64,000 bases of DNA, taken from a virus. The notes below the pieces were generated by a model, which was not told the origin of the DNA, made no database searches, and was given only the letters and a program-made list of their open reading frames with translations. Where the stretch lies: positions 1 through 64,000 of the IMG/VR virus record IMGVR_UViG_3300044641_002513. One strand, 5' to 3'. Position numbers and translations under genes: made by a program. Below, in pieces: positions 17,863 through 26,694 of this stretch (positions within the stretch are counted from its first letter, which is position 1; every line of letters starts with the position of its first letter).

Positions 17863-19626
17863 ACCCTGTACTGGATAATTCAAAGACATTCTTTCAATTT
17901 CTCCTCGTTTCATAAAGTATTGCCTTACTTTAGGCTTGTAATAGCTTGTAAACTCAGGTGAGTTTTCGTTTTTATGTAGCTTATACTCGTCCCAAAATCC
18001 TTTTGTATCATAAATTTCTTTATGTAGCTTCTCATACTCATCAAAATAAGGAATAAAGCATTTACGACCACTAATAGTATTAAATTGTATATAACCTAAC
18101 TTTAATGCTCTAGCTTTCTCAGTCTTAAAATAATTAGCCAATCCAGGAAATGCTTTAAAGTATTCTTCGTACACTGTATTGCCTTCTTCCATAGAAATAT
18201 TAAGGTTTTGAGCAATAGTAATGCCTGTACCACCGTAATTGATAGCAAAGCCTGCACCTTTAGCAATTTGGCGTTTAGCTTTGTGCTTATCTTTAATCTC
18301 ATCTAAACTAAGTCCTTCTAATTCAGGAAATATCTTAGAAGCAATAAAAGAATGCATGTCACTTAGTCCACTACTATAAAAATAAAGCAAATCTTTATCT
18401 AAACTCTTGTTAGCTAGTACTATCTGTTCTTGCCCTGAGTAATCGCTTACTATTAACATATTACCTGCTTGAGCTTGAAAACAACTTCTTGTTCTACTAT
18501 CACTAGGTATGTTTTGCATATTAGGTAACTGAGGTAAGCCTTTTTTCTTATCTCCTTTTTGACCGCTAGACAATCTGCCTGTATTCATGATTTGCTGATA
18601 GTTACTATGTATTCTACCTGTAGCAGAATTAATGTAACTAAACCAGTTTTCACCATAGGTACTTACAACTTTTTGATGCTCAGTAAATTCTATATAAGTA
18701 CTAATAATAGGATGTTTTTTCTTTTGTGGTCCTAATACTTTCTTATCAATAGAATCTTTCATCATACCTGTTACTTTGTCTTTGGTAAGAGTATCTACTC
18801 CTAAAGACTGCATAAAAGGAATTACTTGTTGAGAAGAAGCCCAATTGATTTTACATTTTATTCCTTCATCAAATAAAGAAAGTTGATTATCAATTAAATG
18901 TCTGTACTCATCACTATTGTTTAAGATAAAATTATCTAACCGTTCTTTTACTACTAGCAAATCTTTTTTATCCTCCTCACATTTCTTTTGCCATTGCTCT
19001 GCATTAAGGTAAAAACCGCAAAACTCTATGTAAGCAAGAGTTATAACAAATTCATTGTCTAAGCTTGCCGTTCTGTTTAATTCGTGTACAGTAAGAGCTA
19101 TTTCTTGCTTACTCTTTACTTTATGTAAGTATTTAACATCATCAGCAGCATATTTAATAACTCTAGCACTTAATCCTTCTTTTTGTATGTGACTACGTAC
19201 ACTTTTATCTAGTTCTACATTACAATATCTTTGTACTACTGCATCTAAAGAACGTCTTACTGTGTCTATACCTGTAGTTAATATACGTTCTACTAGAAAA
19301 GTATCGTAAATCTTTGTAGGTACAATTTTTTGATAAAATAAGAATTTTAAGTCAAACTTTGCATTATGAAATATTAAAGTTTTGCTTTCTAATAAAGGTT
19401 TGTATTCTAAAATATTTATAGTAGATACATCTATTACAAATTGTTTAGTTTCATCGCCTAATTGTAAAGAAAGCAGACTACAAGTATGTGAATCCATTCC
19501 CATAGTCTCAGTATCTGCGCCTATAACGTCCAGTGTTTCTAAATATTCTAAAGACTCTTTAACAGAGCATAAAGAATAACCAACTGGAGCATATAACTCC
19601 AATTGGTTAGTTACTAAGTAAATCAT
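17863..19626 (-). CDS. polA: Family A DNA polymerase with 3'-5' exonuclease, exon 1
   Basis: DTETMG, HNAKFD, YAADD, TGRLSS, NMQNIP, DYSGQE, R..AK...F...YG. Confidence 0.95.
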
Positions 19627-19658
19627 ATAATATTAAGTCTCCTTAATTCAGATAAAAA

Positions 19659-19835
19659 TTATCTTTTTCTATTTAAAACGTTTATAAATGCTTGAGCACC
19701 TCGTTTTGTTTTAGCTGACCATATTACTCTAGGAGCATCAGGTCTAGGAACATATTCCCAAAAGAAAAATAATACTTTCTTTTTAACACTAAAAGTTCCG
19801 TCTTGATTTTCTACAATTTTAAATTTTGCTGTCAT
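19659..19835 (-). CDS. Small hypothetical protein (58 aa, not in the ORF track)
   Basis: MTAKFKIVENQDGTFSVKRKVLFFFW...NRKR, with an A-rich upstream region. Confidence 0.6.
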   Translation of the reverse strand: MTAKFKIVENQDGTFSVKKKVLFFFWEYVPRPDAPRVIWSAKTKRGAQAFINVLNRKR

Positions 19836-19846
19836 ATTGTTTGTTT

Positions 19847-20137
19847 TTAAATTGTTTTTAATTTTTCGTTAATTGCATTTTGAATAAATACTCCTAATTC
19901 GTTTTGAAAAGCCTCTGCTTCTTCGTAACTTTTAAATAAGTGCTGAATTGCTCCCCAACCACGAATAGAAACTAAAGGTGTTTCTTCAGTATTATCTCCG
20001 TTAAGAGGTAATTCTTCAACTTGAGCAATCATTTGGTCTCCATTATTTTTATCTGTTCCCCAAATATAACCACCACCGTATTCATCGTATCTTACTGATT
20101 CTCCAATAAATTTTTTAATTTCTTTTAAATACTTCAT
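19847..20137 (-). CDS. Hypothetical protein
   Basis: 96-aa ORF with an IRGWGAIQ motif. Confidence 0.7.
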   Translation of the reverse strand: MKYLKEIKKFIGESVRYDEYGGGYIWGTDKNNGDQMIAQVEELPLNGDNTEETPLVSIRGWGAIQHLFKSYEEAEAFQNELGVFIQNAINEKLKTI

Positions 20138-20341
20138 TTATTGGTTTTTATTGTTAAAAATTACTAATCCTGCTATATACGTAATAGGTCCTAATAATCC
20201 CATTAGTGGAATTAAATCTATTTGAGTTTTTCTCCATTTTTTATAATGAAGTCTATTATATTTATTAACCCAGTGTATATAACTTTGAGTTCCTAAAAGA
20301 AACCATATAGCTCCTAATGCCACTAATTGAATTGTTTCCAT
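20138..20341 (-). CDS. Small membrane protein
   Basis: Two hydrophobic segments. Confidence 0.6.
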   Translation of the reverse strand: METIQLVALGAIWFLLGTQSYIHWVNKYNRLHYKKWRKTQIDLIPLMGLLGPITYIAGLVIFNNKNQ

Positions 20342-20476
20342 TTGTTTAAGTTTTTTCTATTAATACTGCTACGGATAGCCAAGTAAATATAATAGATTTA
20401 TAGTCTAAATCTATTATAATTGTTGGAATAAGTGTAAAATTTCTATATACTTTAATAGTATTTTGTATGTGTACTT

Positions 20477-20740
20477 TCATTGTTTAAGTTTTAAAAAATA
20501 TTCATGTTTTCTATTTTCTAATTCAAAATCTTCTCCAAAAAACTTTTCTTCCCAGTATTCAGACATTTCAAAATCTTCAAACTCTTTTTCTGTAATTACT
20601 ATTTCAAAATATTGTTTTAGTAAAGAAATTCTTTGCTCATTATTACTTGGCTTAAAATCCAGTTCAATAGTAGTAAGGTAAAGCCTAAGTTCGTCTACAC
20701 TTACCTTTTCTTTTTTCTGTTCTACTATTTTATACATCAC
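20477..20740 (-). CDS. Hypothetical protein
   Basis: ORF coupled to 20737..21186. Confidence 0.6.
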   Translation of the reverse strand: MMYKIVEQKKEKVSVDELRLYLTTIELDFKPSNNEQRISLLKQYFEIVITEKEFEDFEMSEYWEEKFFGEDFELENRKHEYFLKLKQ

Positions 20741-21186
20741 TTGCCTTGAATAAATTCTAATGCTTTAGAGCTATTAGTCATATTAAATTCATAAATTTCA
20801 GAAGAACAATGACTTTCATTTACTCTTATTCTAACAATTCCCGCATTTTTAAAATCTGTTACAAAATCTGCATTTACTAAATCCCATATTAAAAATAAAC
20901 TTTTCTTATTATTAGAAGTATTAGCAGTAATTGTGTATTTTTTATAAGAACCTGCTACTAAAAAAGAAATATCTACTTTAATATCTTCATCACAAAAATA
21001 CCCATTAGCTAAATAAAAAACAATATTGCCTTCTACTTCTTCTAACTTCATTATTACTCCGTCTGAAGGTCTACTATAGCAAATTCTATAAGGTTCATCA
21101 AAACCGTTGTTAACATTGTCCATTGTCCATTGTCCAAAACTTGTTGTGCTCAATAGTAGTAGAGCTCCTAATAATAACTTTTTCAT
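20737..21186 (-). CDS. Secreted or periplasmic protein
   Basis: Signal peptide MKKLLLGALLLLSTTSFG followed by Q, typical of Bacteroidota exported proteins. Confidence 0.75.
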   Translation of the reverse strand: MKKLLLGALLLLSTTSFGQWTMDNVNNGFDEPYRICYSRPSDGVIMKLEEVEGNIVFYLANGYFCDEDIKVDISFLVAGSYKKYTITANTSNNKKSLFLIWDLVNADFVTDFKNAGIVRIRVNESHCSSEIYEFNMTNSSKALEFIQGK

Positions 21187-21463
21187 CTGTTGTTGTGTAA
21201 ATTAATTGTTTATAACTGCACTTAAATTTTCACTATTTATCATCATTGCTTTTGCTGCACATACCTTTAAATAGTGACTAGTGTTAAACCTAGCATCTTT
21301 TTTACTATTCCACCAAGCTAAGATTTCTGGTGTAGTTAAATGTTTTTTTTCTCTCATTTTCTTTCATTTTTACAATGCATCAAATAAACTAATTCCTAAA
21401 TATACTCCGATAAACACTGCTATATAAATAAACATTGCTAGTACTATACTTAATAATAAATAC

Positions 21464-21754
21464 TCAATTATCTTCTTCATAATCTTCTCCTTCTAATTCT
21501 TGATAATACCATTGCTCTCCTATAGATTCCATATCTTCTATAAAATAATCTATTAAAGATTCTAATAATATTTCATCTTCATCAAGTTCATATAACTTAG
21601 TTTTAAAAGTATGAGTATAATTATCATCTTCTCCTACAGCTTCCATTTTAAGGTAATAGTAGCTATCATCTTTCCAGCATTCTAAGTAAACTATTATGCT
21701 GTAGCCTGTAGTTGTGTTTAATTCATATTGGTAATCCTCTGGTTTGCTTTTCAC
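21464..21754 (-). CDS. Acidic hypothetical protein
   Basis: 96-aa D/E-rich ORF. Confidence 0.65.
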   Translation of the reverse strand: MKSKPEDYQYELNTTTGYSIIVYLECWKDDSYYYLKMEAVGEDDNYTHTFKTKLYELDEDEILLESLIDYFIEDMESIGEQWYYQELEGEDYEEDN

Positions 21755-21942
21755 TTTTTCGCCTTTAAATATTCAATTACTCTCTCCCAATAGTCTCGTG
21801 CCATCATTCGTCCATCTCTTGATGGAGCTAAGGCGTAGATAGATTCTGCGGACTTAATCGCCTCTTCTTTGCCTCTTGCTAATCCGTGTAGTGATACTGC
21901 TCTTATGTATATCTCTTCAGCTTTTGTAGATTCTTTAATCAT
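21751..21942 (-). CDS. Hypothetical protein
   Basis: Coupled small ORF. Confidence 0.6.
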   Translation of the reverse strand: MIKESTKAEEIYIRAVSLHGLARGKEEAIKSAESIYALAPSRDGRMMARDYWERVIEYLKAKK

Positions 21943-22240
21943 ATTCAGGGTTTATTGTAGTTGTTATTACTTTTTCATTTATAATTGGCATTTTAACTAA
22001 TCTATTAAAAAGACGATTTTTAAGAATACTCTTTCTTTTATCACTACTATTGACTATTTTCCATTTAAAGTCTGTAGTATATCCAATAGTGTCTCCTACA
22101 TCGTTACTATGTAACACTAACATTGTATTAGCTCTATCTTCCATCATTTCTTTAAACCAATCTAATTCGCTTTTGTCTTTAAAATTGCAACAAAAGTCTT
22201 CTACTTTAATTTCTGCTACTATTTTTATAAGCATCTCCAA
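21935..22240 (-). CDS. Hypothetical protein
   Basis: Coupled small ORF. Confidence 0.6.
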   Translation of the reverse strand: MEMLIKIVAEIKVEDFCCNFKDKSELDWFKEMMEDRANTMLVLHSNDVGDTIGYTTDFKWKIVNSSDKRKSILKNRLFNRLVKMPIINEKVITTTINPEYD

Positions 22241-22422
22241 ACATTTTTAATAATTTGTAATATTCTTTCTTCTCCTAGTTCTTTATCTAACATAATACTT
22301 ATGTAATTAGTACTAAATATATAGTCTTCTGCTTGCTCTATAACACTAATTTTTTCTTTTTTACAAAATTCTTCTATCTTTTCCATATTTTTTCTCAAAT
22401 TTATCCCAGCCTTTTTTATCAA
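22225..22422 (-). CDS. Hypothetical protein
   Basis: Small ORF; true start probably the internal MEKIEE. Confidence 0.5.
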   Translation of the reverse strand: MIKKAGINLRKNMEKIEEFCKKEKISVIEQAEDYIFSTNYISIMLDKELGEERILQIIKNVWRCL

Positions 22423-22546
22423 ACTGAGTAATTAATAAATCCATTTTTATTTCTTCTGCATGCTCATCACACATTCCTATACCTTTAATATCAAGGTCTG
22501 GACTGTATCTTTTGGTAGCTTTAGCTCCACATTTTACACATTCCAT
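22361..22546 (-). CDS. Small zinc-binding protein
   Basis: CVKC...CDEH. Confidence 0.6.
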   Translation of the reverse strand: MECVKCGAKATKRYSPDLDIKGIGMCDEHAEEIKMDLLITQFDKKGWDKFEKKYGKDRRIL

Positions 22547-22699
22547 TTTATTCTGATTTAAAGTTTATATCTTTCTACTCTTTCCAGGTGTCAAAGTCTT
22601 GTAATTTTTCTAACATCCACTTAGCACCTGCAATCCAATTGTCTGTCTTGTCTACATTTGGGTCAGCTAAATTAGCAGCAGCTTCTTCTAATTCTGTTT

Positions 22700-23224
22700 T
22701 CATAATTTTCTAAGTATTAAATTTCCGTTTGAATCTAATTTTGGTACTTTCTTTTGAAAAAGTCTTTCAGCTTCGTAATAAGTTAAGTAGTTACTATTAA
22801 GAATGAAATCATTTTCTTCTACCGAAAACATATACTCAATCTCAACTTCAATTTCTGTTGGTTGTTGGACTATTTTTTCAAACTCTTGCTCATTCTTTTC
22901 CAGCATATAAGTGTCAGCTGCCCCATTGTGTCCTAATTCAAAAGCTTTTCGCATTTGGTCTTCAGTAAACAACTTGTCTTTATTTAACTCCATTGCTTTG
23001 TTGAAGCCTGTTTTGAATCCACTCTTTTCTAATTGCCAATCAACAGCCATAGCATGACCATTATATAGTTCATCAGCCAACTTCTCAACATCAACTACTC
23101 CAAATATTTCATCACAATTTGATTGTGATAATTTTTTACCAGTTACATTAGCCCAAGATGCTGCAATAGTTTCTCCTGATTCATTGTAAAGACAATAATC
23201 ATTATCTCTTTTAACTAGTTTCAT
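22700..23224 (-). CDS. Hypothetical protein
   Basis: 174-aa ORF. Confidence 0.7.
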   Translation of the reverse strand: MKLVKRDNDYCLYNESGETIAASWANVTGKKLSQSNCDEIFGVVDVEKLADELYNGHAMAVDWQLEKSGFKTGFNKAMELNKDKLFTEDQMRKAFELGHNGAADTYMLEKNEQEFEKIVQQPTEIEVEIEYMFSVEENDFILNSNYLTYYEAERLFQKKVPKLDSNGNLILRKL

Positions 23225-23392
23225 ATTATTTTGTTTTAAGGGTTGATAATTTACTTTGTGCTACTTCAATTTGTTTATTAAAATAGTAAGGTTTTTTATT
23301 TTTATAAGCTATTCTAGGTGAGTTAAGATATACTAATTGACACTCACAATAGTCAATATGATTTATTAATTTTTGTTTCTTTTTCATATTAA

Positions 23393-23629
23393 TTAAATTG
23401 GTTCGTGTTGTTCGTACCATTGTACAACTTCACATTGGTTATTAAATTTGTTAACTACATATTGATTATTAATCCAACGAATATTACTAAGTGTTCTTAA
23501 TGCTTGCATAAAATCACAAGTCTTACATATTTTAACTGTTCCTTTATCAGTTGGTAAATTGAATTTAGAGTTTATTTTGAACTCTGTTAGTGGTAGTATT
23601 TGATTACATTTAAAACATTTCTTTGTCAT
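23393..23629 (-). CDS. Zinc-finger protein
   Basis: KKCFKC...EF...CKTC, resembling HNH-associated zinc fingers. Confidence 0.65.
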   Translation of the reverse strand: MTKKCFKCNQILPLTEFKINSKFNLPTDKGTVKICKTCDFMQALRTLSNIRWINNQYVVNKFNNQCEVVQWYEQHEPI

Positions 23630-23648
23630 TTTATTTGTTTTAAGTTAG

Positions 23649-23755
23649 TGAAGTGGACAGGATTCGAACCTGCAAGATGACATTCCGACTGCGCAGGAGC
23701 TACCTCGCGAGTATTCATCACTTCTTGTCGCGTCTACCAATTCCGCCACCACTTC
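23649..23755 (-). ncRNA. tRNA-Leu-like RNA with an abnormal elongated central arm (107 nt)
   Basis: Acceptor GAAGUGG/CCACUUC plus A73, D-arm UGGCGGAAUUGGUAGACGC, T-arm GCAGG-UUCGAAU-CCUGU; ~55 nt replaces the anticodon and variable arms; no encoded CCA. Confidence 0.8.
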
Positions 23756-23860
23756 TACGGTTTTAAATCAATACTATTAATTCAACTTGCACCGTAAGTT
23801 TTAAAAATAAGTAAAACCCTATGTTTCAAGGGCTTTACTTATAGTACTTAAATGATAAAA

Positions 23861-24382
23861 TTAATCATTTAATGCAGATGCAATAGCACTTTCTGCTGAA
23901 AATCCAGCTGATTTACGTACTGTATCTTGTAATACAACGTGTTTAGCAGCACCAACTACAACAGATGTACGTACATAAATGTACAAATCATCTTTCATAA
24001 TAAAGTCACCGTCTTTACCTGCACGTTTAGCACGTGTTTCAAAGTTTGCAACATCGTAAGGAGTACCTTCTGTAGTTTCTACAATCTGAATGTTTAATTC
24101 AACTTCAGGATAAGCAGCCATACGAGGATCTACTAATCCAATTTCTAACTCTGAACCTTCAGCTAAATCTGTAACATCAATGTCAAATTGTTTTTTGACG
24201 TCACTTGGTTCTGCTGTTAACCAAGCATAACGAGGTTTTGATTGAGAGAAACGCTCATCTGAAGCATTTAATAAACCTAATACGTTAGTTGCTTTTTGAC
24301 CTAAATCAACCATTTGAGAAAAGCATAATTGAACTTTTCCACCTTTAACACCTTTTGCTGATTCTAATACGATAGTTTTCAT
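23861..24382 (-). CDS. Hypothetical protein, probably highly expressed
   Basis: 173-aa ORF with CGT/GGT/GCT-rich codon use, followed by a hairpin at ~23807-23842. Confidence 0.75.
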   Translation of the reverse strand: MKTIVLESAKGVKGGKVQLCFSQMVDLGQKATNVLGLLNASDERFSQSKPRYAWLTAEPSDVKKQFDIDVTDLAEGSELEIGLVDPRMAAYPEVELNIQIVETTEGTPYDVANFETRAKRAGKDGDFIMKDDLYIYVRTSVVVGAAKHVVLQDTVRKSAGFSAESAIASALND

Positions 24383-24688
24383 AATTTTTGTTTTTAATAG
24401 TAAATAAATAAATAGATAAATAGATAAATAATTAATTAAGGTGCTTAAAAACAGACTTATAAAGTCTTAAGAATACATAACTAAGCTTGTTATATATAAT
24501 TGCATTACTACTTTTTTTTGACGATGCAAGTAGTATTAGCGATAATAAATCAAAGAACGATAATATAAAAAGGTTAAAAACCCTAGACATACACTACATC
24601 AAATCAAATAGTGTATTATCTAGGGTTCCTTTAAAACACGAAACTTTAGTAAGGGTCAGCCTACTAAAGTTTAATTAGTTAATAAGAC

Positions 24689-24919
24689 TTATAATTTATA
24701 AGTTTTTATAATTTTACTTTCTTCTTTTCTAACTCTGTTAAATAGCTCTGTATAAACAGTTTTAAGAGCTAAGAGTAAGATTAAGAATAAGTTTGTCAAT
24801 AGTATTAGTGCAGGACCTATACTGTTGTTTTTGATAATGTTTAGTATTAATGGAGCAGATAAGAATAACATACCTACAATGCTAAATACTAATAGTAATC
24901 TTTTTAAATAACTTGACAT
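24689..24919 (-). CDS. Membrane protein
   Basis: Two transmembrane segments. Confidence 0.6.
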   Translation of the reverse strand: MSSYLKRLLLVFSIVGMLFLSAPLILNIIKNNSIGPALILLTNLFLILLLALKTVYTELFNRVRKEESKIIKTYKL

Positions 24920-24977
24920 AACTAAGTTTTTGTGTTAATAAATGAGTAAATTATAGCTTAATGAAGTAAACCCTAAA

Positions 24978-25256
24978 TTAATTAGGGTTTTCTTCTACTA
25001 AGCCGTAATATGTTTCTTCTGTCCATTCTCCTGGGTTCAGGCATATACAAAAGAACACTGTATTGAATAGTTCAAATGACCAAACGCTATCATTAATAAC
25101 ATTAGTCTTTTGATTAATAACCTTTTTATCCATAAGATGAAAAGCCTCAAGATAATCTTGATAATATCTTTCACTAATTGCAGTGTGATTAGGAAAGAAT
25201 TTAGTAGCTAAACTAATAGCTGAAGTGGTTTGTTTTAAAGGTTTGATAGTTAACAT
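24978..25256 (-). CDS. Hypothetical protein
   Basis: 92-aa ORF. Confidence 0.6.
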   Translation of the reverse strand: MLTIKPLKQTTSAISLATKFFPNHTAISERYYQDYLEAFHLMDKKVINQKTNVINDSVWSFELFNTVFFCICLNPGEWTEETYYGLVEENPN

Positions 25257-25404
25257 ATTGTTGTGTTTTAAAAGATTTAACTTAATTTAATTATTGCAAT
25301 TACTATACTAATGATAAATACTGTGTAGAAATAGAATAATCCTACTGATGCTTGTCTTTTCATATTATTTGTTTTAAAAATTACTGATTTGGTTAAGAGT
25401 GGTA

Positions 25405-25638
25405 CTATAAACCGTACCACTCGTCTAAACTATTGTCTTTTTCATATTCTTTGGCTACCATTTCAAAGAAATTATCTATGAAACCACAACCTTTATTAAC
25501 TATTGGTGCTTTGTTAGTAGCAATCAATGTTTCATAATAGTTGATAATGTCTCTTACACTATATCTTGGAAGAATGTCACCGTCTAATAGATTAGTAAAT
25601 TTGTCTCTTGTTTTCTTTAATGCTTCTTCTTTTGTCAT
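25405..25638 (-). CDS. Hypothetical protein
   Basis: 77-aa ORF. Confidence 0.65.
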   Translation of the reverse strand: MTKEEALKKTRDKFTNLLDGDILPRYSVRDIINYYETLIATNKAPIVNKGCGFIDNFFEMVAKEYEKDNSLDEWYGL

Positions 25639-25672
25639 TGTTTATGTTTTAAAGGTTAATAACTAAAATAAA

Positions 25673-25788
25673 TAATACACCACAGTTGTAATAGAAGCAT
25701 TCCCTGCTTGATTACTTCTACAAGACCTTACGTATACACAGCAGTCCGAAGGTATTACAACTGTCTAACCTAAGTTAGTGGTGTATTA
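25673..25788 (-). ncRNA. Structured intergenic RNA resembling the twister-like element
   Basis: 11-bp and 12-bp inverted repeats plus inner hairpins. Confidence 0.6.
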
Positions 25789-25795
25789 ATTCTGA

Positions 25796-26098
25796 TTATT
25801 TTAATACTGGCAATTCTTCATAGTGATAACTACTGCTAGTAGTATCTCTCATAGCATGTAAATAGTTACAATAGTCTAATTCAGGATCAGAACTTACATA
25901 ACCATTATCAATACAATGTGATGTATAGTCTTCATAATTAAGAATTTCTTCTTCTATAGTAGACTCTACTATATCAGCAATTTTTTGTTTAGCAAGTTCT
26001 TCAGTGCTATAAACACCAACTATACTAGTTTCAGATTGACAATAATCATCATCTGTATCACGTATAAATGTCCAAAAAACAATGTATACTTTCTTCAT
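25796..26098 (-). CDS. Hypothetical protein
   Basis: MKKVYIV...IVGVYST.E.A, a common small early phage protein pattern. Confidence 0.7.
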   Translation of the reverse strand: MKKVYIVFWTFIRDTDDDYCQSETSIVGVYSTEELAKQKIADIVESTIEEEILNYEDYTSHCIDNGYVSSDPELDYCNYLHAMRDTTSSSYHYEELPVLK

Positions 26099-26122
26099 AA
26101 GTTTAGGTTTAAGTTTATAAAA

Positions 26123-26150
26123 TAAGCAGTTTATAGTCCTGCTTAGGACT
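26123..26150 (-). promoter_or_regulatory. Compact H-type pseudoknot in a 5' UTR
   Basis: AGUC-C-UAAGCAG-GACU-AUAAA-CUGCUUA. Confidence 0.6.
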
Positions 26151-26155
26151 TTATC

Positions 26156-26356
26156 TTATTCTGGATTCATAAACACTTCATAAGTAGTTTCTGATAATCT
26201 ATCTACTCTATATGGTTTTTTACCATTAAGAATATTATCAGCCCACCACTTATTTTGTTCTCTTATTGACTGTCTTAGTCCAGATTCTCTAAATGAATCC
26301 ATTGATACTTTTAATAAAGCATCTTGTTGTTCTTGAGTTATTGTTATTACTTGCAT
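26156..26356 (-). CDS. Hypothetical protein
   Basis: Start reassigned to MQVITI because the upstream extension overlaps the ribozyme-like element. Confidence 0.6.
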   Translation of the reverse strand: MQVITITQEQQDALLKVSMDSFRESGLRQSIREQNKWWADNILNGKKPYRVDRLSETTYEVFMNPE

Positions 26357-26405
26357 AATAAATATATTTTTAAGTGAATAAATAAAGTTTCTATAAGTTA
26401 ATAAT

Positions 26406-26557
26406 CCCTCTGCACTCAACTTGTAGTCAGTAGCTTTTGACATTCAGGATTTTAAATCCATCAGTACTACCTTTGCTGTTTTAAACCAAAGAATAAAACC
26501 ATCCTGGCCAGATATACTACAAGTTGTCTACCCTTGGGAAGTGAGAATGGTGCATTA
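26406..26557 (-). ncRNA. Candidate twister self-cleaving ribozyme with a large P5 insert
   Basis: UAA-UGCA-CC ... UCCCAAGG ... 11-bp P5 ... UGCA-GAGGG; P1 is not formed. Confidence 0.6.
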
Positions 26558-26694
26558 CAAAAGACTAAAAGTTGTAGAGAGAATGCATCAATATCTCTAC
26601 CTTTCCAAATTTTTAAATGCATTTCTTCTAACAACCTCACATGTATCCCTACATGTTACAAAGAAAGCTTTTAGTCTTGGTGGATGGTTTTTTG
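26558..26694 (-). ncRNA. Multi-stem structured RNA
   Basis: AAGACUAAAAG/CUUUUAGUCUU closing stem, with ACAUGUA/UACAUGU and GUAGAGA/UCUCUAC inside. Confidence 0.55.

Noticed and set aside
23620-23755. tmRNA, or a tRNA-associated HDV-like (theta) ribozyme
   Set aside because: No G3-U70 pair or tag ORF, and the 3' trailer is a short A-rich stretch leading directly to the next ATG
24430-24680. ncRNA in the intergenic region with several hairpins
   Set aside because: Stems are present, but they are AT-rich and independent, so terminators or processing sites explain them equally well
26357-26443. N-terminal extension of ORF 26156..26443
   Set aside because: It overlaps the structured RNA; ATG 26356 has the typical A-rich context
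26440-26470. Hammerhead ribozyme core (CUGAUG...GAA) inside the twister insert
   Set aside because: It reads CUGAUGG and GAAU rather than CUGAUGA and GAAA, and stems I and III are not evident; it may instead be a k-turn-like motif
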